DNA of 32,000 bases. It comes from Thermosulfurimonas dismutans (GTDB lineage: Bacteria; Desulfobacterota; Thermodesulfobacteria; Thermodesulfobacteriales; Thermodesulfobacteriaceae). This document shows, piece after piece, positions 8,606 to 16,598 of this stretch. The DNA lies in NCBI RefSeq assembly GCF_001652585.1, contig NZ_LWLG01000009.1, forward strand, positions 30,001-62,000, in the 5' to 3' direction. A program made the position numbers and the translations under genes. Under the pieces are notes generated by a model. It searched no databases and was not told the DNA's origin. It was given only the letters and a program-made list of their open reading frames with translations. Numbering within the stretch: the first letter of the stretch is position 1; each line of letters opens with the position of its first letter.

Positions 8606-9037
8606 TCAAAAAAGCACCTTCCTCCCGGTCACATAAAAATGCGGCACGCAAGAAGGACGAGATCGGCGCACTCCCCGTTTCTCCCCTAGACAAGTCCTCA
8701 ATTCGAACTTATCCAAAAAGAAAAATCCACGTTCTACATACAGATTTGAAAGTTTATAAATAGCCTCCTCAAAGGGCCTCAACCCTAACTTCTCATAAAT
8801 CTTTACCTCCTGAGGAGGGCTAAGATGTCGCCAGAAGGGATACCTGTCATAGCTTTCAAGTCTTCTAAGAACCTCCTCCGCAACCCTGAGTTCTTGTTTC
8901 AATCTGCCCGAAAGGTACACGTTTCTTTCAAAACGTCCGTATTCCCTCATAGCAAGAAAGGCGCTTACCACGAAAACCATCGTGAGCACTAGAAGTCCTA
9001 TCCATTCCCGCCGATAAATGTTCAAAAAACCCTTCAT
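8606..9037 (-). CDS. small bitopic pilus-assembly protein, PilO/MshJ/GspM-like (topology-based call)
   Basis: 143 aa. It has an N-terminal TM helix (WIGLLVLTMVFVVSAFLAM), then a coiled coil and a short alpha/beta domain. An ATGA overlap couples it to the upstream gene. I recognised no diagnostic motif. Confidence 0.45.
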   Translation of the reverse strand: MKGFLNIYRREWIGLLVLTMVFVVSAFLAMREYGRFERNVYLSGRLKQELRVAEEVLRRLESYDRYPFWRHLSPPQEVKIYEKLGLRPFEEAIYKLSNLYVERGFFFLDKFELRTCLGEKRGVRRSRPSCVPHFYVTGRKVLF

Positions 9038-10338
9038 TTAAGCCTTACCTTAAGTTCAAAATCGGCCCTTTGGGCCATTTCATCGTAATTAAAACGGGTA
9101 TCCAATATCTCTGCTCTAGTCTTTATCTTGTCGAAAAAAGTGAGAAAGCCTCTCCTAGCCGAGGCCAGATCCCCCTCAAAAAATAGCTTAAGCCCTAGCT
9201 CATAGTTTAGGCCTTTCTTAGAAGTCTCAAGAGAACGTACCTTTATCCCTTGGGGAAGGTTGTTACCAAGCCACCACAAGAATTCGTCCAAGCGTGGCTG
9301 CTTCTCGAAACTCTCTTTAAGACTCAGATACTCCTTTAGATTTTTTACCTGAGAGGGAGAATAATCCTTATTAAGGATCGAAAGCTTATTTTCTAGAGTT
9401 TTGCGGGTACGGAAGATTTCAGCTTCAAGGGTATGGTTCTTCTGGTAAAAATAGGCCCAAAGTCCATAGTTAAGAAGGGCTAATATAAAAAGTATCCCTC
9501 CGGACCAACGGACCCACTCCAGGTTCTTCAGGAAAAACTTATGGGTTTCGGGGAGGAGATTGTATCCTTCCGGCACAAAAACGGCCCCGAAAAGCTCCGG
9601 ATAAGTGAGAAGCTCCTCCTCTGGGGCCTTGATAAGTCTATTGAGATCGGGAGATAGAGGTTCTAGAGTTTCTACCCGAGGCACCGCCTCCCTTTTCGGA
9701 CCACAAGGTAGGATCTTGCGGATAGTCTTTCCAAAAAACCTTTCATAATAATCTAGAACAGCCAGGATGCTTTCTTCTATAGGATGCCCTTCAAGCCCTA
9801 GAAACTCGTCCACCTCCTGGAAACGGAGGTAGGTAAGCCCTCCGGCCTCGGAGACGGTCATCCAAAGGCCTTCCGGGGAGATCCATACCACAAGCACCGG
9901 CTCCTTTGAAAGAAAGCCTGCCAGAAAGGCCATAGCCACGGCCTGGTGATGAATGGCCTTGAGTCGAGCCTGAGCCCTCCCCAGAGTCTCAATTAAATGG
10001 TTTACCCCTTGGGGTTCAAGCGCCAGGATCCCAGCCTCTACGGTAACCGGCCCCTCGGAAAGTTTGCAGATAGCGGTCTGAAAAGCTCCGGTGAAGTATC
10101 CTGAGTCCCTTATCTTATCCTCGGCCTGCAGGTGGAGAACCTCCTTTGGGCCCTTATTTAAGGTCTCTCGGGAGAAATAGACCCGCGGAGTGGTCTCCAA
10201 GGCCACCACCGACCGGCCTTTAAGTTCAGAGGCCTTCCATTCCTTGACCGCCGAAAACTCCCACCGACCCCGCTTCCTTGAGGCCTTAACCCCCAAAAAC
10301 CGGTCTTCGTACGGTTTAACGACCAACAAAGACGGCAT
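9034..10338 (-). CDS. bitopic pilus-assembly protein, PilM-PilN fusion-like / MshI-like (topology-based call)
   Basis: 434 aa. It has a ~285 aa cytoplasmic domain, a single TM helix (WSGGILFILALLNYGLWAYFY), and a periplasmic coiled coil plus alpha/beta domain. Position and architecture match MshI-type PilM/N fusions. I recognised no diagnostic motif. Confidence 0.5.
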   Translation of the reverse strand: MPSLLVVKPYEDRFLGVKASRKRGRWEFSAVKEWKASELKGRSVVALETTPRVYFSRETLNKGPKEVLHLQAEDKIRDSGYFTGAFQTAICKLSEGPVTVEAGILALEPQGVNHLIETLGRAQARLKAIHHQAVAMAFLAGFLSKEPVLVVWISPEGLWMTVSEAGGLTYLRFQEVDEFLGLEGHPIEESILAVLDYYERFFGKTIRKILPCGPKREAVPRVETLEPLSPDLNRLIKAPEEELLTYPELFGAVFVPEGYNLLPETHKFFLKNLEWVRWSGGILFILALLNYGLWAYFYQKNHTLEAEIFRTRKTLENKLSILNKDYSPSQVKNLKEYLSLKESFEKQPRLDEFLWWLGNNLPQGIKVRSLETSKKGLNYELGLKLFFEGDLASARRGFLTFFDKIKTRAEILDTRFNYDEMAQRADFELKVRLK

Positions 10339-11251
10339 ACACCAGTCCCAAAAGGATTAAAAGTCCTAAAAACCCCCAGAGCACGTATTTTCGGAGCGTT
10401 GTTTTCCGGGAAGTTCTAATCGAAAGGGCGGCGGCCTCGGCTGCCTCTCTGACAATCTGCGGACTAACTCGAGAGGTACCCCGGGCAAAGGCTATAAGAA
10501 GGGCCCTATCCATGACCTTGTTTATCACCCGGGGAATACCTCCGGTAAGGCGATGAAGTTCTCTATCCACACCCCGGCTAAAGACCACCCCGGCCCCCCC
10601 GGCCCTGGCCAGCCTAAACCTTACGTAATCCAGGACCTCCTCCCTTCCGAAGGGCTCAAGCTTCTCCCAGATGGTAATCCTCTGGGCGAGCTGAGAGAGA
10701 TCAGATGAACGAAGTTTTTCTTCAAGCAAGGGTTGACCAGAAAGAAGTATTTGTAGGAGTTTGCCCTTTTCGGTCTCAAAGTTAGAGAGTAGCCGCAATT
10801 CCTCGAGGCTTTCCACCGGAAGATTCTGAGCCTCGTCTATCACCAAAAGAAGGGTCTTGCCCTCCTTGGCCAGCCCGAAGAGGTAATCCCGAAAGGTCTT
10901 GAGCAGACTCTCTTTGGAACCGCTTGCCGGAATCGAAAGATCCTCCAGAATAGCCTCAAAGAGCTCCTTTGGACCCAGGGTAGGGGTCAAAACCATAGCC
11001 GTAAGGACGTCCGTGGGAAGCTCCTTGAACAGGAGACGAATTAGAAGGGTCTTCCCCATCCCGGGTTCTCCGGTGAGAACCAGAAAGCCTTCCCGTTTAA
11101 GGATCCCATATTTCAGTGACTCGAGAGCGGCCTTGTGCTCCGGAGAAGGATAAAAATAGTCCGTATCAGGGGTCATCCGGAAGGGATGATCCCGGAGGCC
11201 AAAAAACCCCAGATAATCCGGCATCTCAGTGGATCTGACCGATGAGTTCAT
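10316..11251 (-). CDS. ExeA/GspA/MshM-like AAA+ ATPase with C-terminal membrane anchor
   Basis: 311 aa. Motifs are FFGLRDHPF (ExeA-type N-terminus), Walker A GEPGMGKT and Walker B LLLVIDEAQNL. The C-terminal TM helix is VLWGFLGLLILLGLVYAVFV. Confidence 0.8.
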   Translation of the reverse strand: MNSSVRSTEMPDYLGFFGLRDHPFRMTPDTDYFYPSPEHKAALESLKYGILKREGFLVLTGEPGMGKTLLIRLLFKELPTDVLTAMVLTPTLGPKELFEAILEDLSIPASGSKESLLKTFRDYLFGLAKEGKTLLLVIDEAQNLPVESLEELRLLSNFETEKGKLLQILLSGQPLLEEKLRSSDLSQLAQRITIWEKLEPFGREEVLDYVRFRLARAGGAGVVFSRGVDRELHRLTGGIPRVINKVMDRALLIAFARGTSRVSPQIVREAAEAAALSIRTSRKTTLRKYVLWGFLGLLILLGLVYAVFVGR

Positions 11252-12431
11252 AAATGGGACCTATAAGGGATATGACAATCAAAAGGAAGATTATACCGGT
11301 TATAAAAATCAAGATGGGTTCCAGAATCTTGCTCAAGGTTTCCACCAGCCCCTGGATGATGTCATAATAATATCGGGCAAGATGGTGTAGTTGTTCAACC
11401 AATCTACCGGTCTCCTCCCCCACCCCGATCATCCTAAGATCTAAAGGAGAAAAGAGCCCTACCCTTGAGGCCACCTGATGCAAGCTTTCACCGCGCAAAA
11501 TACCTTCCTTTATCTCCCTAGCCAAACGCTTACCAATTTCACTCTGAATATTGGCAAATATAATATCAAAGCTACGTAAAATATCAATTCCGGCACCAAG
11601 AAGCAAAGATAAATACTCAAAAAAAAAGGCCAAAAGCGAACTTCTTTTTATTTTGGCAATAAGTGGCACCTTTAGAGAAAAACTTTCTAACCAATAACGC
11701 ACCACGGGTACCTTGCGGTAAAGGAAAAATAAAAGCGTAAAGAAGGCGATGAAAAATGTCGCCAAATATAATATATAGGTCCGCAGGAACTCGGTAACCG
11801 CAAGAAGCATCCGGGTAGGCAGAGGGAGCTCTACCTGAAATTGCGTAAAGAGTTCGAGAATCTTAGGAAGAACGAAAAGTAGCCAAAAAAGCAGGGCTCC
11901 GGTCATGCTGATGAGCACGAAGGTCGGATAGAGCATAGCCCTTTTGGTCTGGGTGATAATGGTGTGCACCCGGTAAAGATGTTGAGAGGCCTCCTCCAAA
12001 GTCTCGTCAAGCCTTCCGGTCTCTTCCCCGAGAGAGACCAAGGATCTTACGATACCCGGGAAAATCCCCTTTTCTCGCTCCATACCCCTGGACAAGGGAT
12101 GGCCGGCCATGATTTCCTGAACGAGGGCCGTAATGGCTTGCTTGAGACGCTTGTTGGGTGTAGCTTCCTTCAAATCCTTTAAGGCTTGTAGAAGGGGCAC
12201 CCCTCCCCTTATAAGGAGGGCCAGATTGTGACAAAATTCTGCTAGTTCCGGCCGTTTGATCTTGGAAACTGTTATCCGATCCCAGGGTAGAGCTGGCCGG
12301 GTAGAATATTTTAGAAGGACCAAGCCTTCGCTTTTGAGGTAGTCGTAAAACGCCCTGAAATCGGGAAACTCGGCCTGATCTTTTATTATTTTTCCTTCGG
12401 GAGTTAGGGCTTTAAAACGATAAAGCGGCAT
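11226..12431 (-). CDS. GspF/PilC/MshG-family inner-membrane platform protein
   Basis: 401 aa. It contains two repeats of the T2SSF domain (LALLIRGGVPLLQAL..., LLLGAGIDILRSF...) and three TM segments. It overlaps the ATPase stop as TAATG. Confidence 0.9.
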   Translation of the reverse strand: MPLYRFKALTPEGKIIKDQAEFPDFRAFYDYLKSEGLVLLKYSTRPALPWDRITVSKIKRPELAEFCHNLALLIRGGVPLLQALKDLKEATPNKRLKQAITALVQEIMAGHPLSRGMEREKGIFPGIVRSLVSLGEETGRLDETLEEASQHLYRVHTIITQTKRAMLYPTFVLISMTGALLFWLLFVLPKILELFTQFQVELPLPTRMLLAVTEFLRTYILYLATFFIAFFTLLFFLYRKVPVVRYWLESFSLKVPLIAKIKRSSLLAFFFEYLSLLLGAGIDILRSFDIIFANIQSEIGKRLAREIKEGILRGESLHQVASRVGLFSPLDLRMIGVGEETGRLVEQLHHLARYYYDIIQGLVETLSKILEPILIFITGIIFLLIVISLIGPIYELIGQIH

Positions 12432-14071
12432 TAACCTATTACCCTCCGTATCTCTTCCACCGTAGTGATCCCTTCAAGGACCTTTTCCCGGGCAGAATCT
12501 CTAAGAGACTTCATCCCCTCTCCACGGGCAACCTCGGCAATTTTGACCAGAGGGGCATCTTCCGCAATCAGAGCCCGAATACGATTCGAGACTCGGAAGA
12601 TTTCCGTAACTACTATCCGGCCTAGATATCCTCGTCCCCCACAGAACTCACACCCCTTTCCACGGAAATAGGTGTGGTCCCGGGGAAGGTTATAGTAAGT
12701 TAAAAGCTCCGCCGGAGGATGATATTCCTCACGACAATAGGGACAAAGCTTTCGGATCAAGCGCTGGGCCGAAGCCCCTAGGAGAGAAGAAGCCAAGAGA
12801 TCCGAGCTTATCCCCAAGTCCTTCAATCTGTAGATGGTAGAAAGGGCATCGTTAGTATGCAAAGTAGAAAGAAAAAGGTGGCCTGTAAGGGCGCTTCTTA
12901 CCGCCATCTCCGCGGTTTCTTCGTCTCGCACCTCGCCCACTAGGATCACATCGGGGTCCTGCCGCAAAAAGTGCCTTATGGCTCGAGCGAAAGTATATCC
13001 GGCCTCTTCGTTGACCTGGGTCTGGCGCGCAAGAGGCAACCGGTATTCAATGGGATCTTCGGCGGTAAGGACGTTTTTCTCTAGGAGATTCAGGAGCCTC
13101 AGACCGGCATAAAGAGTGGTGGTTTTCCCGGAACCCGTGGGTCCGGTTACCAGGAACATACCGTAGGGTCTTTCAAAAATCTCTTTGATTAGAGCCACCT
13201 CCTCCTCGGTAAAACCCAGAGTGGAGAGATGGTGCACGGCACTTCCCACAGGAAGGATCCTAATGACCATGTTTTCTCCAGGAGGAGTCCTCACGGTGGA
13301 GACTCGCAAGTCGTATTCCTCTCCCAAGAAGGCAAAGTGCATCCTTCCATCCTGCGGCAGGCGGACCTCAGCGATATCCATTCCGGCTCGGACCTTGATC
13401 GCCCCTATGAGACGACTATGAATGACCCGAGGAAAGATCCAAAAAGGTTCCAAGACCCCGTCTATCCGGAAGAAAACCTGGGTGGTTTTTTCCGAAGGAG
13501 TAATATGGATATCGGTAGCCCTCTTTCCGGTAGCCACGATGAGAAGTTTTTCAATGAGGTCCTCGATATTCACCTCAGCGTTGGGATTTTCCCGCAAACG
13601 TTCCGTAACCTTTTCGAGCTCCTTTTCCGGGGGACTTTCTAGGAAGTAATAGAACCTTTCGCTCGCCCGGTTGATCTGCGAACGGGCGGCCACCACCGGC
13701 TTGATCCGCATACCGGAGACCCGAGAGATGGCTTCCTGAAGGGGGAAATTGAAGGGATCAGAAAGGGCCACCACTAAGGCCCCTTCCTCTATCCTGAGAG
13801 GCAAAACCTCCCTCTGTTTCGCAAAGGCCGGAGAAACTTTGAGGAGGGCTTTGGGATCCGGGGTTACCGTGGAAAGATCCTCGAAAGGCAGGCCAGCCTG
13901 TTCAGCTAGCACCCGGGCTACCTCAAGCTCCGTAACCAATCCAAGGCGGGTTAGGATCTCTCCTAGCCTCTCTCGGGTAGCCTTCTGTTCAAGGAGGGCA
14001 AATCGAATATATTCCTCGGTGATAAAGCCCCGTTCCTTGAGGAGCTGCCCTATAGGCTTCCGCTCGTTCAT
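12431..14071 (-). CDS. GspE/PilB/MshE-family secretion ATPase with N-terminal T2SSE_N/MshEN-type domain
   Basis: 546 aa. Motifs are Walker A GPTGSGKTT, Asp box, Walker B DVILVGEVRD, His box LSTLHTND and the tetracysteine zinc site CPYC...CEFCGGRG. The N-terminus has tandem LGxxL..G.I....L...L..Q motifs. Confidence 0.93.
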   Translation of the reverse strand: MNERKPIGQLLKERGFITEEYIRFALLEQKATRERLGEILTRLGLVTELEVARVLAEQAGLPFEDLSTVTPDPKALLKVSPAFAKQREVLPLRIEEGALVVALSDPFNFPLQEAISRVSGMRIKPVVAARSQINRASERFYYFLESPPEKELEKVTERLRENPNAEVNIEDLIEKLLIVATGKRATDIHITPSEKTTQVFFRIDGVLEPFWIFPRVIHSRLIGAIKVRAGMDIAEVRLPQDGRMHFAFLGEEYDLRVSTVRTPPGENMVIRILPVGSAVHHLSTLGFTEEEVALIKEIFERPYGMFLVTGPTGSGKTTTLYAGLRLLNLLEKNVLTAEDPIEYRLPLARQTQVNEEAGYTFARAIRHFLRQDPDVILVGEVRDEETAEMAVRSALTGHLFLSTLHTNDALSTIYRLKDLGISSDLLASSLLGASAQRLIRKLCPYCREEYHPPAELLTYYNLPRDHTYFRGKGCEFCGGRGYLGRIVVTEIFRVSNRIRALIAEDAPLVKIAEVARGEGMKSLRDSAREKVLEGITTVEEIRRVIG

Positions 14072-14089
14072 CTTTCCTTTTTAAAAAAT

Positions 14090-16543
14090 TCAGGCCTTTG
14101 AATCAAGCTTTTTCAAGCCCCAGGAAAAGACCTCCTCCCGAGAGACCCCGAGAAGATGGGCGGCGGCTTCTTCGGGTCTAAGACCCCCCTCCCGAAATTT
14201 CAACCGAAACAAAAGGGTACCATTTGAGATCTCGATCCCGGGAACAAATTCTCTGAGATCAAGGCTGCGACGTTTCCCTTTACGCATGACCTCAAGAGGC
14301 AGGGCAAGCCTTTCTTCCAGCACCTCCTCTTCGATTTTGAACCCTTCTGGCACCTTTACGGCAAAAAGGGCCTCCTCCTCTCGGATTTCGGGAGAAGTCA
14401 CAGGCTCAACTTCAACGGGCGAGAGTCCCTGAGGCAGAACCTTCGCGAGCCTTGCAAGTACCTCCTCCGAGCCCAACCTTTCCCTCAAGGCCAGGGCCAT
14501 AACCTCTCCCTCGGACTCGATCCCCACCGGAAGGGCCCTGCCGAAGGATAATTTGGGATGAGGATGAAACCCTCGGGTGAAAGCCAGGGGGAGTCCGCTT
14601 CTTCTCAGGGCCCGCTCAAAGGCTCGGGTGATCTCAAGTTGTGAAAGGAACTGGAAAACCCCCTTTTTGACATACTTTACCCGGTACCAGTAAACATCTT
14701 CCGCTATAGAGATTTCAGGAAGGGGAAGACTCTCCGCCTCTTTAGGTCGCAAGACATTTCTTACCTCCTTTCCGCAAACCCCGCATTTGAGGCACCTTTC
14801 AAAACGACAGTCTAGCGAGATTTCTCCCCGATAGGCCCGCTCCCTTTCCGAGAGGAGAAATTTTTTGTCCAGACCGCAATCAAGGTGATCCCAAGGGAGG
14901 ATCTCTTCCGGATCTCTTTCTCGGAGATATTCCGAGAGTCTAATCCCTAAGGCCTCCGCGGCGGATAACCAGTGCCGTAGCCGGAATTCCTCGCTCCAGC
15001 CATCAAGCCGGGCCCCGGCCCTATGGGCCCCGAAAATGAGTTCCGATAGCCTCCGGTCTCCACGAGAAAGCACACCCTCAAGAAAACTTTGTTCCGGAAG
15101 ATGCCATTTAAGCTTCAGCCGGCGCCCACGAACCAAACGTTTCAAAAGCTTGAGTTTCTCTCGAGTTTCGGGGATGTCCATCTGACGTTCCCACTGAAAG
15201 GGCGTATGAGGCTTAGGCACAAAGGTGGAGACCGAGACTGTCACCGCAAGTCCCCTGCTTTTTTCGGAGACCCTTTTTGCGAGTTCCGCAATGGCTCGTA
15301 CGTCCTCCTCGGTCTCGGTGGGAAGACCGATCATGAAATAAAGCTTTATGTCCCGCCAGCCGAGATTTCGCGCGAGCTCCGCCCCGCGGAAAAGTTCTTC
15401 TTCCGAGATGCCCTTATTGATTACCCTCCGCAGGCGTTCGGTTCCGGCTTCGGGAGCAAGGGTCAGTCCCGTGCGGCGCAGACGGCTTAAAACTTCAAGG
15501 ATTCCGGGGGTAAGACTGCCAACCCGCACGGAAGGAAGCGATATAGCCACCCGGTCTTCCCCGAAACGGATATAAAGGGCCCTTACCAAGGCCTCAAGGG
15601 CCGTATAGTCTCCAGCCGAAAGAGAAAGAAGTGAGACCTCTTCAAAGCCCGTGCTCTTAACCCCCTCTTCGGTCATTTCAAGGACCCTTTCTACAGATCG
15701 TTCTCTCACCGGACGATAGATAGAACTTGCCTGACAGAAACGACATCCCCGTGTGCAACCTCGGGAAATCTCGACCGAGAGTCGGTCGTGGGCTATCTCC
15801 GCCCAAGGAACCGGGGGACGCCAGGGATAAAAAACTCGGTCAAGATCCGAAACAATTCGGCGTCTCACCTTTTCATAGCCTGGAAGCAGGGGCTCAAGCC
15901 CTCGAAAACGCTCATTCTCATAAAGCGGCCGGAAAAAACGGGGCACATACACTCCCGGAATACGGACCAAGGCCCGCAGAAGTTCATCTCGGTTCCCGTG
16001 GGCCGCCTTCCAATCCTTTACGCACTCGGCTATCTCAAGAATAGCCTCCTCACCATCCCCAAAGATGATGGCATCATAGAAGTCAGCCACCGGCTCGGGA
16101 TTGGCCATGGCCGAACCCCCGCCAAGAACAAGAGGATCCCCTTCTTTCCGATCCCTTGCGAACACCGGAATCCCAGAGAGCTCAAGCACGGTCACGATAT
16201 TGGCCGCGCAAAGCTCATAGGGATAAGAAATCCCCACCACATCGAAGTCTCTCAAGGGACGGCCGTGTTCAAGAGAGAGAAGGGGAAGCCTCCTTCTGCG
16301 AAGAAGATCCTCCAAATCCCGAGCCGGAACATAAGCCCGATCCGCAAGATAGCCCTCACGGGAATTCAATATCAGGTAAAGGATATGGAGCCCAATATGG
16401 GACATCCCGATCTCATAAAGATCCGGATAGACCAGGCAGAATCTAACCCCGGCCTCCTCCCAAGGCTTACGAAAGGCGTTTACCTCGCGATCAAAATAGC
16501 GCGTAGGTCGCCTTATGCGGTATAGAAGCTCGAAGGGATACAT
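14090..16543 (-). CDS. B12-binding-domain radical SAM protein fused to a DUF2344-type C-terminal domain (TIGR03960 + TIGR03936 architecture, from memory)
   Basis: 817 aa. The radical SAM cluster motif is SRGCTRGCRFCQAS (CxxxCxxC). The N-terminal start YPFELL...RRPTRYFDREVN is typical of this family. The C-terminal ~230 aa (YRVKYVKKGVFQFLSQLEITRAFERALRRSGLPLAFTRGFHPHPKLSF) matches the DUF2344 pattern. Confidence 0.85.
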   Translation of the reverse strand: MYPFELLYRIRRPTRYFDREVNAFRKPWEEAGVRFCLVYPDLYEIGMSHIGLHILYLILNSREGYLADRAYVPARDLEDLLRRRRLPLLSLEHGRPLRDFDVVGISYPYELCAANIVTVLELSGIPVFARDRKEGDPLVLGGGSAMANPEPVADFYDAIIFGDGEEAILEIAECVKDWKAAHGNRDELLRALVRIPGVYVPRFFRPLYENERFRGLEPLLPGYEKVRRRIVSDLDRVFYPWRPPVPWAEIAHDRLSVEISRGCTRGCRFCQASSIYRPVRERSVERVLEMTEEGVKSTGFEEVSLLSLSAGDYTALEALVRALYIRFGEDRVAISLPSVRVGSLTPGILEVLSRLRRTGLTLAPEAGTERLRRVINKGISEEELFRGAELARNLGWRDIKLYFMIGLPTETEEDVRAIAELAKRVSEKSRGLAVTVSVSTFVPKPHTPFQWERQMDIPETREKLKLLKRLVRGRRLKLKWHLPEQSFLEGVLSRGDRRLSELIFGAHRAGARLDGWSEEFRLRHWLSAAEALGIRLSEYLRERDPEEILPWDHLDCGLDKKFLLSERERAYRGEISLDCRFERCLKCGVCGKEVRNVLRPKEAESLPLPEISIAEDVYWYRVKYVKKGVFQFLSQLEITRAFERALRRSGLPLAFTRGFHPHPKLSFGRALPVGIESEGEVMALALRERLGSEEVLARLAKVLPQGLSPVEVEPVTSPEIREEEALFAVKVPEGFKIEEEVLEERLALPLEVMRKGKRRSLDLREFVPGIEISNGTLLFRLKFREGGLRPEEAAAHLLGVSREEVFSWGLKKLDSKA

Positions 16544-16544
16544 C

Positions 16545-16553
16545 TGTTATAAT
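16545..16553 (+). promoter_or_regulatory. extended -10 promoter element (TGTTATAAT) upstream of trmB
   Basis: TGnTATAAT is matched exactly at 16545..16553, 45 nt upstream of the trmB start and its AAAGGAGG SD (16586..16593). There is no good -35, which is usual for extended -10 promoters. Confidence 0.45.
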
Positions 16554-16598
16554 GATACCGGCTTTCTGCGATCTCGATAAGGGAAAAAGGAGGTCCTG

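Noticed and set aside
15089-16525. Long + strand ORFs (for example 15788..16525 at 245 aa and 15089..15490 at 133 aa) opposite the radical SAM gene. Similar antisense ORFs occur at 6761..7231, 13229..13642, 18890..19424, 19406..20032, 20849..21444, 21843..22349, 22933..23385, 23545..24081, 28273..28641 and 29603..29914.
   Set aside because: Each lies fully inside a confidently identified gene on the other strand. Each has low-complexity R/S/P/G-rich composition and no SD or start context. Frames open by chance are expected at this GC content and codon bias.
16541-16565. Leaderless-mRNA promoter for the radical SAM gene (CATTAT 5 nt upstream of its ATG on the minus strand).
   Set aside because: There is no supporting -35, and the hexamer is simply the reverse complement of part of the trmB extended -10 region. 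I mention it only as a possibility in a finding and do not call it as a feature.
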